Source: a virus | Lineage: Duplodnaviria > Caudoviricetes | Virus record (IMG/VR): IMGVR_UViG_3300048819_000060 | Span: 1-46,338 of that record | Strand: one strand, 5' to 3' | DNA length: 46,338 nt | In this document: one piece after another, positions 44,849 through 46,338 of the stretch | Numbering within the stretch: position 1 is the first letter of the stretch | Layout: each line of letters starts with the position of its first letter | The notes under the pieces: generated by a model | What the model saw: only the letters and a program-made list of their open reading frames with translations | The model's database searches: none | What the model was told of the DNA's origin: nothing | Position numbers and translations under genes: made by a program

Positions 44849-45049
44849 TCATTCCTCTGGCGGCAGCTTCAGACCCATGCGGGCAAAGAACGCTGCGATC
44901 TGCGCGTCGCGCTCAGGATCCGGCGGCAGCGGCTTCGGTTCGCGCTTCCACCGCGGCGTGTGCTGCACGATCCTGGGCGCCTTGATCTCGACCGGCTGCG
45001 TCTTGGGGCGATTACGGCGCGGCGGGCGATTGGTGACGATCCCTGCCAT
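44849..45049 (-). CDS. Small basic Pro-rich hypothetical protein (66 aa)
   Basis: MAGIVTNRPPRR...DPERDAQIAAFFARMG, a pattern seen in small alphaproteobacterial prophage proteins. Confidence 0.55.
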   Translation of the reverse strand: MAGIVTNRPPRRNRPKTQPVEIKAPRIVQHTPRWKREPKPLPPDPERDAQIAAFFARMGLKLPPEE

Positions 45050-45347
45050 CAGCGCCCCAGCATGAGCAGGGCGGCGATCGTCATGACCGCCGTCATGGCA
45101 GTGATCCATTTCGTGCAAGCCACCATAATCTTGGTTTGTTTTTCCTGATCACGCCGGGCCAATTCGTTCAGCGGCAATTGCGCCTGGAACAGAAACAGCG
45201 CCCTGTCCGCCCCGCTCGTCGTGTTCTCCGCAGCCTGCTTTATCAGTAGGTCTACCTGCTCTTTCAGATCTTCTTCCCGATCGGATCTGAGTCCGCCCGG
45301 CCGGCGCGATGATCATCATGATGGCAGGCGGCTGTCGTGAGCATCGC

Positions 45348-45584
45348 TTATTCTCCCAGGACAAACCGATTATAGGCGGCGATCCAGTCTCGAGCGATAG
45401 CCCGTTGCGCCTCGACCAGCGGCACCCGGCCCGAACAGACCATCCGCGACAGCACCGCCTCCAGCTCGTCCTTGACGTCCGCGTTCCAGCCGTCCGTCGT
45501 CGTTCGTGGTTCCGGCCATCCTGCCAGGGTCGGGCAAGGCGCTCTGCCCCAGCGCTGGCGCCGCCAGGACAAGGAAACGACCAA
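45348..45584 (-). pseudogene. Remnant of an HNH-like exported protein
   Basis: The C-terminal WPEP..GWNADVKDELEAVLSRMVCSGRVPLVEAQRAIARDWIAAY is intact; a signal-like FLVLAAPALGQSALPDPG lies just upstream in another frame; the central part is missing. Confidence 0.5.
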
Positions 45585-45585
45585 A

Positions 45586-45903
45586 TCAGTCGTCAGCGGG
45601 CGCTTCCATGCGGTCGCGGTCGCCGTCGTCGTCGTCTTCCTCCTGCTCCTGCTCCATCAAATCCTGGATCTCGCGGATCCGGTCCCACTCCTTGTGGCTG
45701 ATCTTGTACTTGCCGTGCGAGATCGTCAGTCGCTGCGCCATGGTGGCCAGGAAGCCTTCCTGCCACGCGGTGAGTCTAGGATCGCCGCGCCAGAACTGCA
45801 CGAGGTCCAGGAGATCCTCGGCCGCGTCCAGCCGCTCGATCTGATCCTCGCGCGAGAGTTCGCGGAAGATTGCCGTCGGCGGATACGGTCCTTTTCCGGG
45901 CAT
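45586..45903 (-). CDS. Hypothetical protein (105 aa)
   Basis: RLTAWQEGFLATMAQRL...ISHKEWDRIREI motif; directly downstream of the rep-like gene. Confidence 0.65.
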   Translation of the reverse strand: MPGKGPYPPTAIFRELSREDQIERLDAAEDLLDLVQFWRGDPRLTAWQEGFLATMAQRLTISHGKYKISHKEWDRIREIQDLMEQEQEEDDDDGDRDRMEAPADD

Positions 45904-45912
45904 TCGCTCAAA

Positions 45913-46338
45913 TTAGGCAAGCCCGGTTTCCTTGTCGACTGTTAGCTCCTCCATCTCTGCGATGGTACTTCCAAGCCGGTGCAAAGCCTTCAAGAGCCCT
46001 TTTCCCATGCCGTCAAAGTTATCCACAGGCCCTTTGACGCTGTTTTTAACCTCCGTCTGTAAGAAAGAACTTCTTGAATCTTTAAGAGTTTTGTTTCCTC
46101 CCGGAATTTCCGGCTTAGGTGCCATCGCGCGGAAAACGTAGGCATTCGAGGTCCGCAGCACGCGCCCGCCAGCACGGACGAGGCGGGTGAAAACGCGTAG
46201 CACCCCGGCGAACTCAAGCATCTTGATGGCTTCGAGCACCGTATCGCGATGGCATCCGGTCTTGCCGGCTATCGCCTCAAGGCTCGGAAAGCAGAAGCCC
46301 GTCTTTTTGTGGGCGAAGTCCATGAGCGCCCACAGCAC
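45913..46338 (-). CDS. Partial winged-HTH replication initiator-like protein (5' end outside window)
   Basis: ALMDFAHKKTGFCFPSLEAIAGKTGCHRDTVLEAIKMLEFAGVL...RTSNAYVF is the HTH_36-type pattern of phage/plasmid Rep proteins. Confidence 0.8.
   Translation of the reverse strand: MLWALMDFAHKKTGFCFPSLEAIAGKTGCHRDTVLEAIKMLEFAGVLRVFTRLVRAGGRVLRTSNAYVFRAMAPKPEIPGGNKTLKDSRSSFLQTEVKNSVKGPVDNFDGMGKGLLKALHRLGSTIAEMEELTVDKETGLA
46019..46100 (+). promoter_or_regulatory. Candidate replication origin: DnaA box plus AT-rich tract inside the rep gene
   Basis: Perfect TTATCCACA at 46019-46027, followed by an AT-rich stretch (tgtttttaac...aagaaagaacttcttgaatctttaagagttttgttt) in a high-GC genome. Confidence 0.55.

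Noticed and set aside
1-46338. tRNA, rRNA, integrase, transposase, holin/endolysin or terminal repeats
   Set aside because: None recognised by eye; both ends fall inside genes and do not overlap each other.

Overview
A high-GC, phage-derived 46 kb segment, probably from a temperate phage-plasmid with a P22-like (podovirus-type) tail. Several small genes resemble alphaproteobacterial families. The left arm (+) carries a YqaJ exonuclease, a DEDDh exonuclease, RecT, and a type Ib partition cassette (ParA plus a ribbon-helix-helix protein). The centre (-, 40170 to 6166) is a virion operon in P22 order: gp4-like adaptor, a gp10-like hub split over two genes, a sulfotransferase-like gene, fibres and a beta-helix tailspike, gp7/gp20-like ejection proteins, a 4256 aa DarB-like MTase-helicase polyvalent protein, a lysozyme+ParB-like ejection protein, a zincin/ATP-grasp pair and a tail-collar fibre. 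The right arm has a divergent cassette (intein-containing glycosyltransferase-like gene plus an S53 sedolisin), small genes, and a partial HTH replication gene containing a DnaA box. No terminase, portal, capsid, lysis or integrase gene is visible, so the genome is incomplete here. The most striking observation is a 303 aa intein with no endonuclease motif in its own frame, whose opposite strand encodes a complete HTH + DUF559/Vsr-like endonuclease ORF nested exactly inside the intein boundaries. Also notable are dispersed 8-bp-periodic centromere-like arrays, a conserved hairpin leader upstream of three late genes, and two genes overprinted inside the giant protein. All family assignments come from motif recognition by eye; no database searches were run.
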